Origin: Akkermansia muciniphila | GTDB taxonomy: Bacteria > Verrucomicrobiota > Verrucomicrobiia > Limisphaerales > SIAT01 | Assembly (NCBI GenBank): GCA_945860945.1 | Contig: CAMASG010000002.1 | Coordinates: 19,086 to 83,085 of the forward strand | Length of the DNA stretch: 64,000 bases | Reading direction: 5' to 3' | Part shown: piece after piece, positions 1 to 8,742 of the stretch | How positions within the stretch are numbered: position 1 is the first letter of the stretch | Layout: each line of letters begins with the position of its first letter | The notes under the pieces: model-generated | Told to the model about the DNA's origin: nothing | Databases searched by the model: none | What the model saw: the letters and a program-made list of their open reading frames with translations, nothing else | Program-made: the position numbers and the translations under genes

Positions 1-1
1 C

Positions 2-580
2 GAAGTGCTCGTCGATGGCCGAAACATCGCGAATCTTGGCGAGCGACAGATGCTCGAGGTGCGTAGCAAGTTCGGGGTGCTCTTCCAAGGAGCCGCTTTA
101 TTTGACTCGCTCACGGTGGCGGAGAATGTCGGTTTTGCGCTGAGTCGGTCTGGCAAATGCACGCCGGCGGAGGTTGCAAACCGCGTGGCCGAGATGCTCG
201 ATATGGTTGAGCTTCCCGGCATTCAGGATAAAAAGCCGGCGGAGCTTTCCGGCGGGATGCGCAAACGTGTGGGTCTTGCGCGTGCCATCGTCCATCGTCC
301 GGCCATCGTGTTGTATGATGAGCCGACGACAGGCCTTGACCCAGTGGTGTCGGACAGTATTGACCAGCTCATCCTGCGCGTTTGTGAGCAAATGAAGGTA
401 ACCTCGATTGTCGTGACTCACGACATGCGCAGCGCGCGGCGCATAGGAAAGCGGATTCTGTACCTGCGCGATAGGCGGATTTATCTCGACGCGCCGACCG
501 AGGCGGTCTTCGCTTCAACGGACCCAGTGGTCCATCGGTTTGTGAACGGTATTTCGATCCCGAAGGAGATCACGTTTTGA
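2..580 (+). CDS. ABC transporter ATP-binding protein, MlaF/Mce-type (5' end cut by window edge)
   Basis: Track ORF 5..580. ABC signature LSGGMRKRVGLARA, Walker B IVLYDEPTTGLDP and H-loop VVTHD. Its stop overlaps the start of the downstream MCE gene (TGATG). Confidence 0.9.
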   Translation, partial: EVLVDGRNIANLGERQMLEVRSKFGVLFQGAALFDSLTVAENVGFALSRSGKCTPAEVANRVAEMLDMVELPGIQDKKPAELSGGMRKRVGLARAIVHRPAIVLYDEPTTGLDPVVSDSIDQLILRVCEQMKVTSIVVTHDMRSARRIGKRILYLRDRRIYLDAPTEAVFASTDPVVHRFVNGISIPKEITF

Positions 581-1623
581 TGAACAACGAACGGATGCAA
601 TTGAAAGTGGGGATGTTTATCGTCGTCGGCTTGGCGCTGATTGCCGGGCTCGCGATGGTTTTCAGCAAAGGCTTCAGCAAGTGGGATCCGACCTATGAAG
701 TGCGCCTCCTCACGCCCAATGCCGTTGGCATCAAGCCCGGCGTCGGCGTGCTGATGTCTGGTGTCCGCGTGGGCGATGTGGCTAGCGTCGAGTTGGTCAG
801 TGGTACCAATCCCGTGGCGCTGGGGTTGAAGATCGCTAAGAATCTAAAAATCCACAGCGCCGCGCAGTTCAGGATCGAGATGTCCGGCTTCCTCGGTGAT
901 CAGTATGTTGCCATCATTCCGCCGCAGAACCCCGAGTCGCCGCAGAACCCCGAGTCGTATCTCAAGCCGGGCGACGTAAGGATCTGCGCCGAACCGTTCA
1001 ACATCCAAGGTGCGGCGCGCAAGGCGGAACGCCTGTTCGAGAGCCTCGATGCCGCCGTGCGCAAAGTGGATGGTGTTGTGAGCCGTGTGGACCGTACGAT
1101 TCTCGCGGAAGAGACGCTCACCAATCTTGTCAGCGCTCTCGGGAGTTTTCAGAAGATCTCCGATCGTTTGAACAAGGTCGGCAATAACCTCGAGGAAGCC
1201 TCGCAGCTTGGTGTGAAGATGGTCGCGCGTGTCGATGATTTGATCGCCACGAACGCCCCGCCACTGGCGCAGAGCATGAGTAACTTCATGCAATTTTCGA
1301 GCAAGCTTGATCGCACTGCTGCGGACTTGGAGCGCCTCGTGGCGACCAACAAGACGGAAATCTCCACCGTCATCAGGAATGCGGAGGCCGCCACTGCCGC
1401 CCTGACCAAGATTCTAGCCGACCTTGAGAAGGGCAAAGGACTCGCCGGCGGTCTGCTCAAGAACGAGGAGTTGAACGCGCAATTTATCCAACTCGTCACC
1501 AACCTGAACGCGATGGTCACGACCTACTCCACGTTCGGCAGCAACCTCAATCAGTACGGGATATTCTATAAACCATCGTCCGGTCCAACCCCCAAGTTGC
1601 GCAGCGTGAGGCCGCAGAATTAG
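580..1623 (+). CDS. MCE/MlaD family substrate-binding protein
   Basis: N-terminal TM segment (VGMFIVVGLALIAGLAMVF), then an MCE-type domain (VRLLTPNAVGIKPGVGVLMSGVRVGDV) and a long helical C-terminus. ATG at 580 is preferred over the track's TTG at 577. Confidence 0.85.
   Translation: MNNERMQLKVGMFIVVGLALIAGLAMVFSKGFSKWDPTYEVRLLTPNAVGIKPGVGVLMSGVRVGDVASVELVSGTNPVALGLKIAKNLKIHSAAQFRIEMSGFLGDQYVAIIPPQNPESPQNPESYLKPGDVRICAEPFNIQGAARKAERLFESLDAAVRKVDGVVSRVDRTILAEETLTNLVSALGSFQKISDRLNKVGNNLEEASQLGVKMVARVDDLIATNAPPLAQSMSNFMQFSSKLDRTAADLERLVATNKTEISTVIRNAEAATAALTKILADLEKGKGLAGGLLKNEELNAQFIQLVTNLNAMVTTYSTFGSNLNQYGIFYKPSSGPTPKLRSVRPQN
922..957 (+). repeat. Perfect in-frame 18-bp tandem duplication (ccgcagaaccccgagtcg x2) inside the MlaD-like gene
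   Basis: Read directly: 922-939 is identical to 940-957, encoding PQNPES-PQNPES. Confidence 0.95.
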
Positions 1624-1634
1624 CGCTATCAGAA

Positions 1635-1859
1635 ATGACGTTCGTGGTTGTGTTCAAGTCCTTCAGTCCCGCCGAGGCGCAGTTGATTCGCTCGCGCCTC
1701 GAGGCGGCTGGTTACCATGCGGTTGTTCATCACGAACTCTCCTCGCTCAGCCTCGAAGGCTACGCGCTCGCCGCTGGTGGCATCCGCGTGGAAGTGCCGG
1801 AGAATGAAGCCGACGAAGCGCGCGAGTTGATCGCGTCCGGCGCGCAGGCCGAGGAATGA
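1635..1859 (+). CDS. Small DUF2007-like protein (putative signal-transducing fold)
   Basis: 74-aa ORF in the gap between the MlaD-like and GlcD-like genes. Its stop overlaps the next start (ATGA at 1856). The pattern VVFKSFSPAEAQLIRSRLEAAGY...GIRVEVPENEADEAREL resembles DUF2007. Confidence 0.6.
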   Translation: MTFVVVFKSFSPAEAQLIRSRLEAAGYHAVVHHELSSLSLEGYALAAGGIRVEVPENEADEARELIASGAQAEE

Positions 1860-3235
1860 AGCCCCATTCGAAACAGGCGCTGGTCCGTTTACAACGGCGA
1901 TTGCCGGCCGGCGAACTTCGTTTGGACGCAGCAACATTACAGGCCCACGCCGGCGATAAATGGTTTGCCAGCCATCTGCCCGACGCCGTGGCGTTGCCGC
2001 GCAGCACCAAATCGGTCTCGGCCATTCTCCGTTTTGCCCACGAGCACCGCATCCCGATCACCGCGCGCGGGGCGGGGCACGGCTACGTGGGCGGCTGCGT
2101 GCCTATTCATGGAGGCATCGCCCTTTCGCTGGCGCGGATGAACCGACTCAAGGAAATCAACGCGCGTGATTTCGTTGCGGTGGTTGGCCCGGGTGTGCTG
2201 ACAAAGCAGCTTCAGGACGCTGCGGAGAAAAAGAATCTTTATTACCCACCCGATCCGGCGAGCCGCGCCGATTGCAGTCTCGGCGGCAACATCGCAACCA
2301 ACGCCGGCGGTCCGCGCTGTTTGAAATACGGCGTCACGCGCGATTACGTTCTCGGCTTGGAAGTAGTGTTGGCCAATGGCACGGTGGTCCGGCTCGGCGG
2401 CCGCACGCACAAGAACAAGACCGGTTTCGATCTCGCCCGCTTTTTCGTGGGCTCGGAAGGAATGCTCGGCGTGGTGACCGAGGCGACTTTAAAACTTCTG
2501 CCGTTGCCGCCGTTTCGCGCCTGTCTCGGTGTTGGTTTCACTCAGATGAGTGATGCCGTGCGTACCGTGCAGGCGATATTCCAAGCCGGTTTTCTGCCGT
2601 GTGCATTGGAAATCGCGGACCAATTCACACTCGCTGCCGCACGTAAACGTACAGGCAGCGACCGGCTCACAGGTTGCAACGCTTTCCTTTTTGTCGAGCT
2701 GGACGGTCAGGAGAAATCGGTTCGCCAAGAGCTGCCTGCCGTCGAACAAATCATCCGCGGCTTCTCGCCCGTTTCCACGGACCGAGCGCTCGGCGCAGTG
2801 GCTGTCGAGCAGTTGTGGGGACTGCGCCGCGAGTTTTCTTATTCGCTGCGCGACACCGGCCTCACCAAACTGAATGAGGACATTGTTGTGCCGCGTGGGA
2901 AGCTTGAGGAATTATTTCGGCTCGCGAAACGGATTCAGAAAAAGCACGGATTTCCCGTAGCTTGTTTCGGTCACGCTGGTGACGGGAACATCCACGTGAA
3001 CGTGATGGTGGACGAGACGCAGGCGGGCTACGAACTGCCGCGTGACGCTGCCCTCGACGAGTTGTTCCGTGGCGTACTCCGTCTTGGCGGCGTCATCACC
3101 GGCGAGCACGGCATTGGTCTGGCGAAGAAGCGCTGGTGGCCGCTGGCGGTCTCGCCCGAGGTGCGCGAGTTGCATCGTGTGGTGAAGCACTCTCTCGATC
3201 CGCATGGCGTACTGAACCCCGGCAAGTTTGTCTGA
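1856..3235 (+). CDS. FAD-linked oxidase, GlcD / D-lactate dehydrogenase family
   Basis: 459 aa. FAD-binding PCMH region (ITARGAGHGYVGG, GGNIATNAGGPRCLKYG) and C-terminal GEHGIGLAKK motif. Confidence 0.85.
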   Translation: MKPHSKQALVRLQRRLPAGELRLDAATLQAHAGDKWFASHLPDAVALPRSTKSVSAILRFAHEHRIPITARGAGHGYVGGCVPIHGGIALSLARMNRLKEINARDFVAVVGPGVLTKQLQDAAEKKNLYYPPDPASRADCSLGGNIATNAGGPRCLKYGVTRDYVLGLEVVLANGTVVRLGGRTHKNKTGFDLARFFVGSEGMLGVVTEATLKLLPLPPFRACLGVGFTQMSDAVRTVQAIFQAGFLPCALEIADQFTLAAARKRTGSDRLTGCNAFLFVELDGQEKSVRQELPAVEQIIRGFSPVSTDRALGAVAVEQLWGLRREFSYSLRDTGLTKLNEDIVVPRGKLEELFRLAKRIQKKHGFPVACFGHAGDGNIHVNVMVDETQAGYELPRDAALDELFRGVLRLGGVITGEHGIGLAKKRWWPLAVSPEVRELHRVVKHSLDPHGVLNPGKFV

Positions 3236-3257
3236 ACGGCGTTTTCGGAAATAAAAA

Positions 3258-3279
3258 AGCCGCCAGCGAACTGGTGACT
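3258..3279 (-). terminator. Probable intrinsic terminator of the RRM-protein gene, between convergent genes
   Basis: Imperfect hairpin agccgccag-cgaa-ctggtgact (one mismatch, one G-T pair). It is preceded on the + strand by ataaaaaa, which gives a U-tract on the minus-strand transcript just after the 3300 stop. Confidence 0.5.
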
Positions 3280-3299
3280 TTGTGAGCTTCAAAATGGGA

Positions 3300-3590
3300 T
3301 CAGCTCTTAGTGGCGATCGAGCCATCACCCGGAGGACGCTCTTCGCGCGGTCGCGCTTCGTTGATGGTCAGGTTGCGGCCTTGAAAATCCTGGCCGTGGA
3401 ACATCTCGATTGCCTTCGTGGCGGCTTCTTGGGAATCCATATCCACGAAGGAGAATCCGCGCGACCGGCCTGTCTGTTTGTCGATCATCATGTTGACTGA
3501 GATGACGACGCCCGCTTGACCGAAGTGGGTTTGAAGGTCATTTTGCGTGGCGTTGTAGGGGAGGTTTCCGACGAACAGGCGTATTGGCAT
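3300..3590 (-). CDS. RRM-type RNA-binding protein
   Basis: RNP2 LFVGNL and RNP1 RGFSFVDM. The start is moved to the internal ATG at 3590 (MPIRLFVGNL); the track's 17-aa extension has no support. Confidence 0.85.
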   Translation of the reverse strand: MPIRLFVGNLPYNATQNDLQTHFGQAGVVISVNMMIDKQTGRSRGFSFVDMDSQEAATKAIEMFHGQDFQGRNLTINEARPREERPPGDGSIATKS

Positions 3591-3755
3591 AAAATCGTTT
3601 CTCAGTTCTACCGTGTCATTTTTGCAGATGAACGTTTCCAACTGCGGGTCTCAAATCGTCACTGCCTGCGCAGCAATCACTGACAATTTTTAGAACACTG
3701 TTCCGACACTGGATTTCATCGAATTAAGAGCCGGCGATCAGGGAACGCAAGTGGA

Positions 3756-4553
3756 TTAATCTGCAGCGACAGCGGGCGCGTCATCCGTTGCCGGACCGAC
3801 CAGTACGACGAACTCACCTTTTCGTGGACGCACCACGAGTTGGGCGGCGAGCTCAGCCGGTCGCCCGCGCAGGAACTCTTCGAACTTCTTCGTCAGCTCG
3901 CGCGCCAATACGACTTCGTGCTCGGGGAAGACCTCGGTCAGTTCACTCAACAGCTTTGCGATGCGGAACGGCGATTCGTAAAACACCAGCGTGCCGGGGG
4001 TGGCGCGGAGCGATTCGAGGCGGTTTCGGCGTTGTCCGGACTTGTGTGGTAGAAAGCCGACGAAATGGAACTCATCCGTCGGCAGACCGCTGGCAGTGAG
4101 CGCGGCGATCAATGCGCACGCGCCGGGGACAGCTTCGACGCGCAATCCGGCGCGACGCGCGGCGGTGACGACGCGTTCGCCGGGATCACTGATGCCAGGG
4201 CTGCCGGCATCGGTGACGAGCGCAATCTTTTCGCCGCGCTTGAGGCGTTCGATGATTTCCTCGCTCCGTCGGGCTTCGTTGAACTGGAAATAGCTGAGCA
4301 TCGGTTTGCTGATGCCGAAGTGGCGGAGGAGCTGGCTGGTGTGGCGTGTGTCCTCAGCGGCGATCAGGTCGCACTCGCGCAGTGTGCGGAGCGCGCGCAG
4401 CGTGATGTCCTCGAGGTTTCCGATGGGCGTGGCCACGAGATAGAGCGTGCTGGGCTGGAGCGGGGGCGGACTGGGCGGCGTTTGCACGGCGCGAGAGTAA
4501 GCGCGTGCCGCCGATGCGCGCACGCAAAAACGGGCCGGAAATCGGGCTGGCAA
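3756..4553 (-). CDS. rsmI: 16S rRNA (cytidine1402-2'-O)-methyltransferase
   Basis: LYLVATPIGNLEDITLRALRTLRECDLIAAEDTRHT is the typical RsmI N-terminus. The exact start is uncertain because the 5' extension is long. Confidence 0.85.
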   Translation of the reverse strand: MPARFPARFCVRASAARAYSRAVQTPPSPPPLQPSTLYLVATPIGNLEDITLRALRTLRECDLIAAEDTRHTSQLLRHFGISKPMLSYFQFNEARRSEEIIERLKRGEKIALVTDAGSPGISDPGERVVTAARRAGLRVEAVPGACALIAALTASGLPTDEFHFVGFLPHKSGQRRNRLESLRATPGTLVFYESPFRIAKLLSELTEVFPEHEVVLARELTKKFEEFLRGRPAELAAQLVVRPRKGEFVVLVGPATDDAPAVAAD

Positions 4554-4599
4554 TGCCGGTGCGCGTGAGGTAATCCTTGCTCGGTTTCACAAACTCAAA

Positions 4600-6021
4600 A
4601 TGAAACGTATCTGTTCACTGTTAATCACACTTTTCCTTTCGAGTGCCCTGCAGGCGGCCGACAAGCGGCCGAACATCGTCTGGATTGTCGGCGAAGATAT
4701 GGGGCCGGAACTGGGCTGCTACGGCGATCCGAACGCCATCACGCCGAACATGGACCGCCTCGCCCGCGAGGGGACGCGATTCACGCGCTGCTTCACGCAT
4801 GCGCCGGTCTGTGCGCCGAGTCGTTCGGGGCTCATCACCGGCCGTTATCCGACGAGCATGGGTTCGCATCACATGCGCTCGACATTGCTGAATCCGCCGC
4901 CGCCGTTCACCCGTTATTTGCGCGCGGCCGGTTACCACGTCTCGTGGCCGGGCAAGACAGATTTCAACTTTGCCAATCCGACGAAGGATTTCGACTCGAC
5001 CACGGACTGGATGAAAGGCAAAGCGCCGTCTCAACCGTTCTTCGCCTACGTCAACTTCACCGTGTCGCACGAGAGTCAGATTCGGGCGCCGAAGGAGCAG
5101 TTCGCTCGGAATGTCGCGCAGCTCAAGTCGGAGGAACGCCGCGATCCCGCGAAGATGCAGGTGCCGCCGTATCATCCGGACACGCCTGTGGTGCGGCGTG
5201 ATTTGGCGAACTACTACGATCTTGTCACCGCCGTGGATTATAAAGTGGGTGAGGTGCTCAAGTGGCTCGACGAGCAGGGCGTGGCGGACAACACGGTGGT
5301 TTTTCTCACCGGCGATCACGGACGCGGCCTGCCGCGGAGCAAGCGCTGGATTTACGACAGTGGCATTCATGTGCCGTTGATTGTGCGTTGGCCGGGACAA
5401 GTGAAGCCCGCTTCCACGCGCGAAGACCTCGTCTGCTTTCTCGACTTCTCGATCACCGCACTGGCGCTGGCCGGAGCGGAGATGCCGAAGGAATTGCAGG
5501 GGCAGGTGATCCTCGGAGCGAAGGCTGCGCCGCCGCGGAAATACATCTTCGCCGCGCGCGATCGGATGGACGAAACGCCCGACCGCATCCGTGCTGTGCG
5601 CTCGGAGCGCTTCAAATACATACGCAACTTTCAGCCCGAGCTGCCATACGCGCAGCAGATCTCGTATATGGAATTGATGCCGACGATGCAGGAGTGGCGC
5701 CGAGTGAACGCCGAAGGAAAGTTGACGGGACCGCAGAAGATCTTCTTCGCACCGACCAAGCCGGGGGAAGAGTTATACGACATCGCCGGCGATCCGCATG
5801 AGATCAACAATCTTGCCAGCCGTCCGGAACAACTGGCGACGCTGCAGGAGATGAGGGGCGCGCTCGATGGTTGGATGGCGGAGACGAAGGATTTGGGCGC
5901 GATTCCCGAAGCGGAGCTGATCAAGCGCGGGCTTGTGGCGGATCGGTTGAAGGAATACGAACAGCGCAAAGAACCGGGAAACAACCCGAACAACAAGCCC
6001 AAGAAGAAATTGAAGCAATGA
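4600..6021 (+). CDS. Secreted Cys-type sulfatase (S1 family)
   Basis: Signal peptide MKRICSLLITLFLSSALQA, metal-site start NIVWIVGEDMG, and canonical fGly motif C-A-P-S-R (VCAPSRSGLITGR). Confidence 0.9.
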   Translation: MKRICSLLITLFLSSALQAADKRPNIVWIVGEDMGPELGCYGDPNAITPNMDRLAREGTRFTRCFTHAPVCAPSRSGLITGRYPTSMGSHHMRSTLLNPPPPFTRYLRAAGYHVSWPGKTDFNFANPTKDFDSTTDWMKGKAPSQPFFAYVNFTVSHESQIRAPKEQFARNVAQLKSEERRDPAKMQVPPYHPDTPVVRRDLANYYDLVTAVDYKVGEVLKWLDEQGVADNTVVFLTGDHGRGLPRSKRWIYDSGIHVPLIVRWPGQVKPASTREDLVCFLDFSITALALAGAEMPKELQGQVILGAKAAPPRKYIFAARDRMDETPDRIRAVRSERFKYIRNFQPELPYAQQISYMELMPTMQEWRRVNAEGKLTGPQKIFFAPTKPGEELYDIAGDPHEINNLASRPEQLATLQEMRGALDGWMAETKDLGAIPEAELIKRGLVADRLKEYEQRKEPGNNPNNKPKKKLKQ

Positions 6022-7103
6022 AGAATCCGCAGAATCAGCCGACGTACCGATGGCCGCGGATAGCCGCGGGGATGATCGTGCTGTTTGTCGTGGTGGCGGT
6101 TTTCGCCGTCTGGCGGGAAGCGAAGCGGGTGAAGTCATTTCAGCGGACGAATGTGGTCATTCCCACTGGAACGAACGCGGTTGCGCCATCGTCACGAAAC
6201 GCTTTTTCCACAAACGGAATGGTTTGGATTTCCGGCGGCAGGTTCTCGATGGGTTCGCCGAAGGGGCAGAACGATGAGCAGCCGGTGCACGAGGTGGCGG
6301 TCGATGGTTTTTGGATCGATCAACACGAAGTGACGAACGAGCAGTTCGCCGAGTTTGTGAAGGCGACCAGCTACGTGACCATCGCCGAGCGTAAACCTGA
6401 CCCGAAGGATTTCCCCGGTGTGCCTCCGGAAAATCTGGTTCCTGGCTCGATCGTTTTCAGTCCGCCGCCGGATCTGCGCGATCTCAGCAACCATTTTGCA
6501 TGGTGGAAATATGTGACGGGCGCGAGTTGGCGTCGTCCCGAAGGGCCCGAGTCGGATTTGAAAAGCCGCGAGAAACATCCGGTAGTCCACATCAGTTGGT
6601 TCGATGCGATGGCCTACGCGAAGTGGGCGGGGAAACGTCTGCCGACTGAGGCGGAGTGGGAATTCGCAGCGCGCGGTGGACTGAACGGCAAGGAATATAT
6701 CTGGGGCGATGAGCAGGAGCCGGGCGGCAAGCTGCTGGCGAATATCTGGCAGGGGCGGTTTCCGAATGAGAACTCGCTCAAGGACGGATTTCGAATCACC
6801 GCGCCGGTCGGTTCGTTTCCGTCCAACGGTTACGGATTGAGTGACATGGCGGGCAACGTCTGGGAATGGTGCGCCGACTGGTATCTTCCCGATTATTATG
6901 CGCGCAGTCCGAAACGGAATCCGCAGGGACCGGATACGAGCCATGATCCCAATGAACCGGGTATGCCGAAGCGAGTGCAGCGTGGTGGGTCGTATCTCTG
7001 CACCGATCTTTACTGCGGCGCGTTCCGCCCGTCGCGGCGGATGAAGACTTCGCCTGACACGGGACTTTCGCACGCGGGTTTCCGTTGTGCGGCATCGAAG
7101 TGA
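6018..7103 (+). CDS. Formylglycine-generating enzyme (FGE/SUMF1), membrane anchored
   Basis: ATG 6018 overlaps the sulfatase stop (ATGA). TM segment IAAGMIVLFVVVAVFAV. FGE domain motifs RLPTEAEWEFAARGG and GNVWEWCADWY, plus the Cys-x4-Cys pair in RGGSYLCTDLYCGAFR. The track's extension to 5871 overlaps the sulfatase and is rejected. Confidence 0.85.
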   Translation: MKNPQNQPTYRWPRIAAGMIVLFVVVAVFAVWREAKRVKSFQRTNVVIPTGTNAVAPSSRNAFSTNGMVWISGGRFSMGSPKGQNDEQPVHEVAVDGFWIDQHEVTNEQFAEFVKATSYVTIAERKPDPKDFPGVPPENLVPGSIVFSPPPDLRDLSNHFAWWKYVTGASWRRPEGPESDLKSREKHPVVHISWFDAMAYAKWAGKRLPTEAEWEFAARGGLNGKEYIWGDEQEPGGKLLANIWQGRFPNENSLKDGFRITAPVGSFPSNGYGLSDMAGNVWEWCADWYLPDYYARSPKRNPQGPDTSHDPNEPGMPKRVQRGGSYLCTDLYCGAFRPSRRMKTSPDTGLSHAGFRCAASK

Positions 7104-7158
7104 AGTGAGTCGGTGCTGAGCGAGATTTGCCGGGTGATGCGCTCGGCTTCCGCTAGCG

Positions 7159-8664
7159 TCACTTCTTCTCGGTGAGAATCGGCCAGTGCTGCGATCCGGT
7201 GCGGGCGGTGCGGAGGTATTCCTCGAACTGCACGACCACTTCAGGATTATTCGCGGCGACGTCACGACTCTCGCTGGAATCTTCTTTCAGATTGTACAGT
7301 TCGAGCGCTTTTCCGGGCGAAGGCCGGATGGCTTTCCAATCGCCCATTCGCGCGGCTTGCTTCGAGACACCCTCGTGAGTTTCCCAGTAGAAGAAGTCGT
7401 GCTGCTTCTCCTGTTTCAACCCGAGAAGGGTGGGGAACATCGAGATGCCGTCGAGTTCGCTCGGCGCGGATACTCGGGCGATTTCAGCCAATGTCGGCAG
7501 CATATCCCACGCAGCCCAAACCTGCTGGCTGACGGTGTTGGGTTTGGTTTTTCCGGTCCAGCGAACAATCATTGGCGCGCGGATACCGCCTTCGTAGAGA
7601 TCGCGCTTGATGCCGCGGAAGGGACCAGCACTTTCGAAGAACGCTGGGTCGTTGCCACCCTCGGCGTGCGGGCCGTTGTCGCTGGTGAAGATGACGACGG
7701 TCTGCTCATCCATATTGTTCTGGCGCAGAGCCGCCATCAGTTTGCCGATGTCGGCGTCGAGGCGTGTGATCATCGCGGCCTTATTCTTCTCCGGCAGCGG
7801 CCAGCGTTGGGCTTCGTACGGCGCGTCGGTCGGCACTTCCATTCCGTTGCCGGTTTTCTTGGTGAGATCGAGGTTCGCGTGCGGCGTCGTGTAGCTGAGA
7901 TAAAGGAAGAACGGTCGGTAACCGTTGTCGAAGAACGGCCGGTTGATGCGCGAATACTCGAGTGCCATCTTGGTCAGCAAATCCTGCGCGTAGGAAACGC
8001 GACGGCCGTCCTTGTTTGCGTAGATTTCGAGCATCCCTTCGAACGGGTCCTTGGCGAAGACCGCCTTGCCGTCCACGACCTTTTGCACGATGCGATTGGG
8101 ATCATAGCGCCAGATGTGGGCGGGATAATAATTGTTGGCGTGGACTTGATCCACGAAACCGGCCCATTGATCGAAGCCGCGACGGAAGGGTTCGGCCGTG
8201 GATTGAGGCGCGCCCAACGCCCACTTGCCAAGTGCGCAGGTATTGTAGCCGCCGGCTTTGAGAACCTCGGAGACGAGTCGATCCTCCAGGCGCAGCGCCA
8301 CGCCTTTGTCGCCGCGGATGTAGCCGTGGCCCGAATGCATGCCCGTGAGCAGTGCGGCGCGCGATGCGGAGTCTGCCGGAGCCCCCGCGTAATATTGCGT
8401 GAAACGGGTCCCTTCCGCAGCGAGGCGATCGAGGTTTGGCGTTTTGATTTTCTTCTGGCCGTAGCAACCGAGATCGCCCCAGCCGAGATCATCGGCCACA
8501 ATCAGAATGATGTTCGGCGTACGCGGGCCGACGGGGGCTTTCAGCGGGACGGGGCGGTTAGTCACGGCCGGTTGGGCCGCGAGAAAAGAGGACGCCAGTA
8601 GCAGCGGCAGGACGCACAAGAGACGAGCAATGAGCGGATGGTTCATAAAAGGATTGTCAGTCAA
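7159..8664 (-). CDS. Sulfatase-family protein with non-canonical active site (Asp at the fGly position)
   Basis: Signal peptide, then PNIILIVADDLGWGDLG and SDNGPH sulfatase motifs. The fGly motif reads P-A-D-S-A-S-R instead of P-x-C-x-P-S-R, confirmed by back-translating 8341-8400. GKWALG replaces GKWHLG. Confidence 0.85.
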   Translation of the reverse strand: MTDNPFMNHPLIARLLCVLPLLLASSFLAAQPAVTNRPVPLKAPVGPRTPNIILIVADDLGWGDLGCYGQKKIKTPNLDRLAAEGTRFTQYYAGAPADSASRAALLTGMHSGHGYIRGDKGVALRLEDRLVSEVLKAGGYNTCALGKWALGAPQSTAEPFRRGFDQWAGFVDQVHANNYYPAHIWRYDPNRIVQKVVDGKAVFAKDPFEGMLEIYANKDGRRVSYAQDLLTKMALEYSRINRPFFDNGYRPFFLYLSYTTPHANLDLTKKTGNGMEVPTDAPYEAQRWPLPEKNKAAMITRLDADIGKLMAALRQNNMDEQTVVIFTSDNGPHAEGGNDPAFFESAGPFRGIKRDLYEGGIRAPMIVRWTGKTKPNTVSQQVWAAWDMLPTLAEIARVSAPSELDGISMFPTLLGLKQEKQHDFFYWETHEGVSKQAARMGDWKAIRPSPGKALELYNLKEDSSESRDVAANNPEVVVQFEEYLRTARTGSQHWPILTEKK

Positions 8665-8742
8665 AGGGGGATGTTAAGCGTCGCGGCTGTGCGGGCAAGC
8701 GGCGGTTGTGAAACAATGTTCACAACTTGTTCACAACACCCG

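Noticed and set aside
3693-3707. GAAC-ACT-GTTCC and the 8-mer GTTCCGAC in the RRM gene leader, which resemble half-sites of the 54616-54715 array.
   Set aside because: The spacer is 3 nt rather than 6. A shared 8-mer is expected by chance about once or twice in 64 kb on two strands. This is not evidence of a common regulator.
7186-8601. Long ORFs on the strand opposite clearly homologous genes, up to 730 aa. Examples: 7186..8601, 8638..9855, 14440..15480, 17703..18770, 19281..20711, 21210..22559, 22739..23968, 24261..25373, 27066..28775, 36880..37920, 38840..40753, 40787..42979, 43616..44830, 45329..46693, 46597..47838, 51345..52568, 56899..57846, 57789..58661.
   Set aside because: These are typical mirror-frame ORFs of a high-GC genome. 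Their translations are Arg/Gly/Ala/Asp/Val-rich with no recognisable motifs. The opposite strand in each case encodes a protein with clear family signatures (sulfatase, LarA-like, lysS, carA, pyrC, IF-2, NusA and others).
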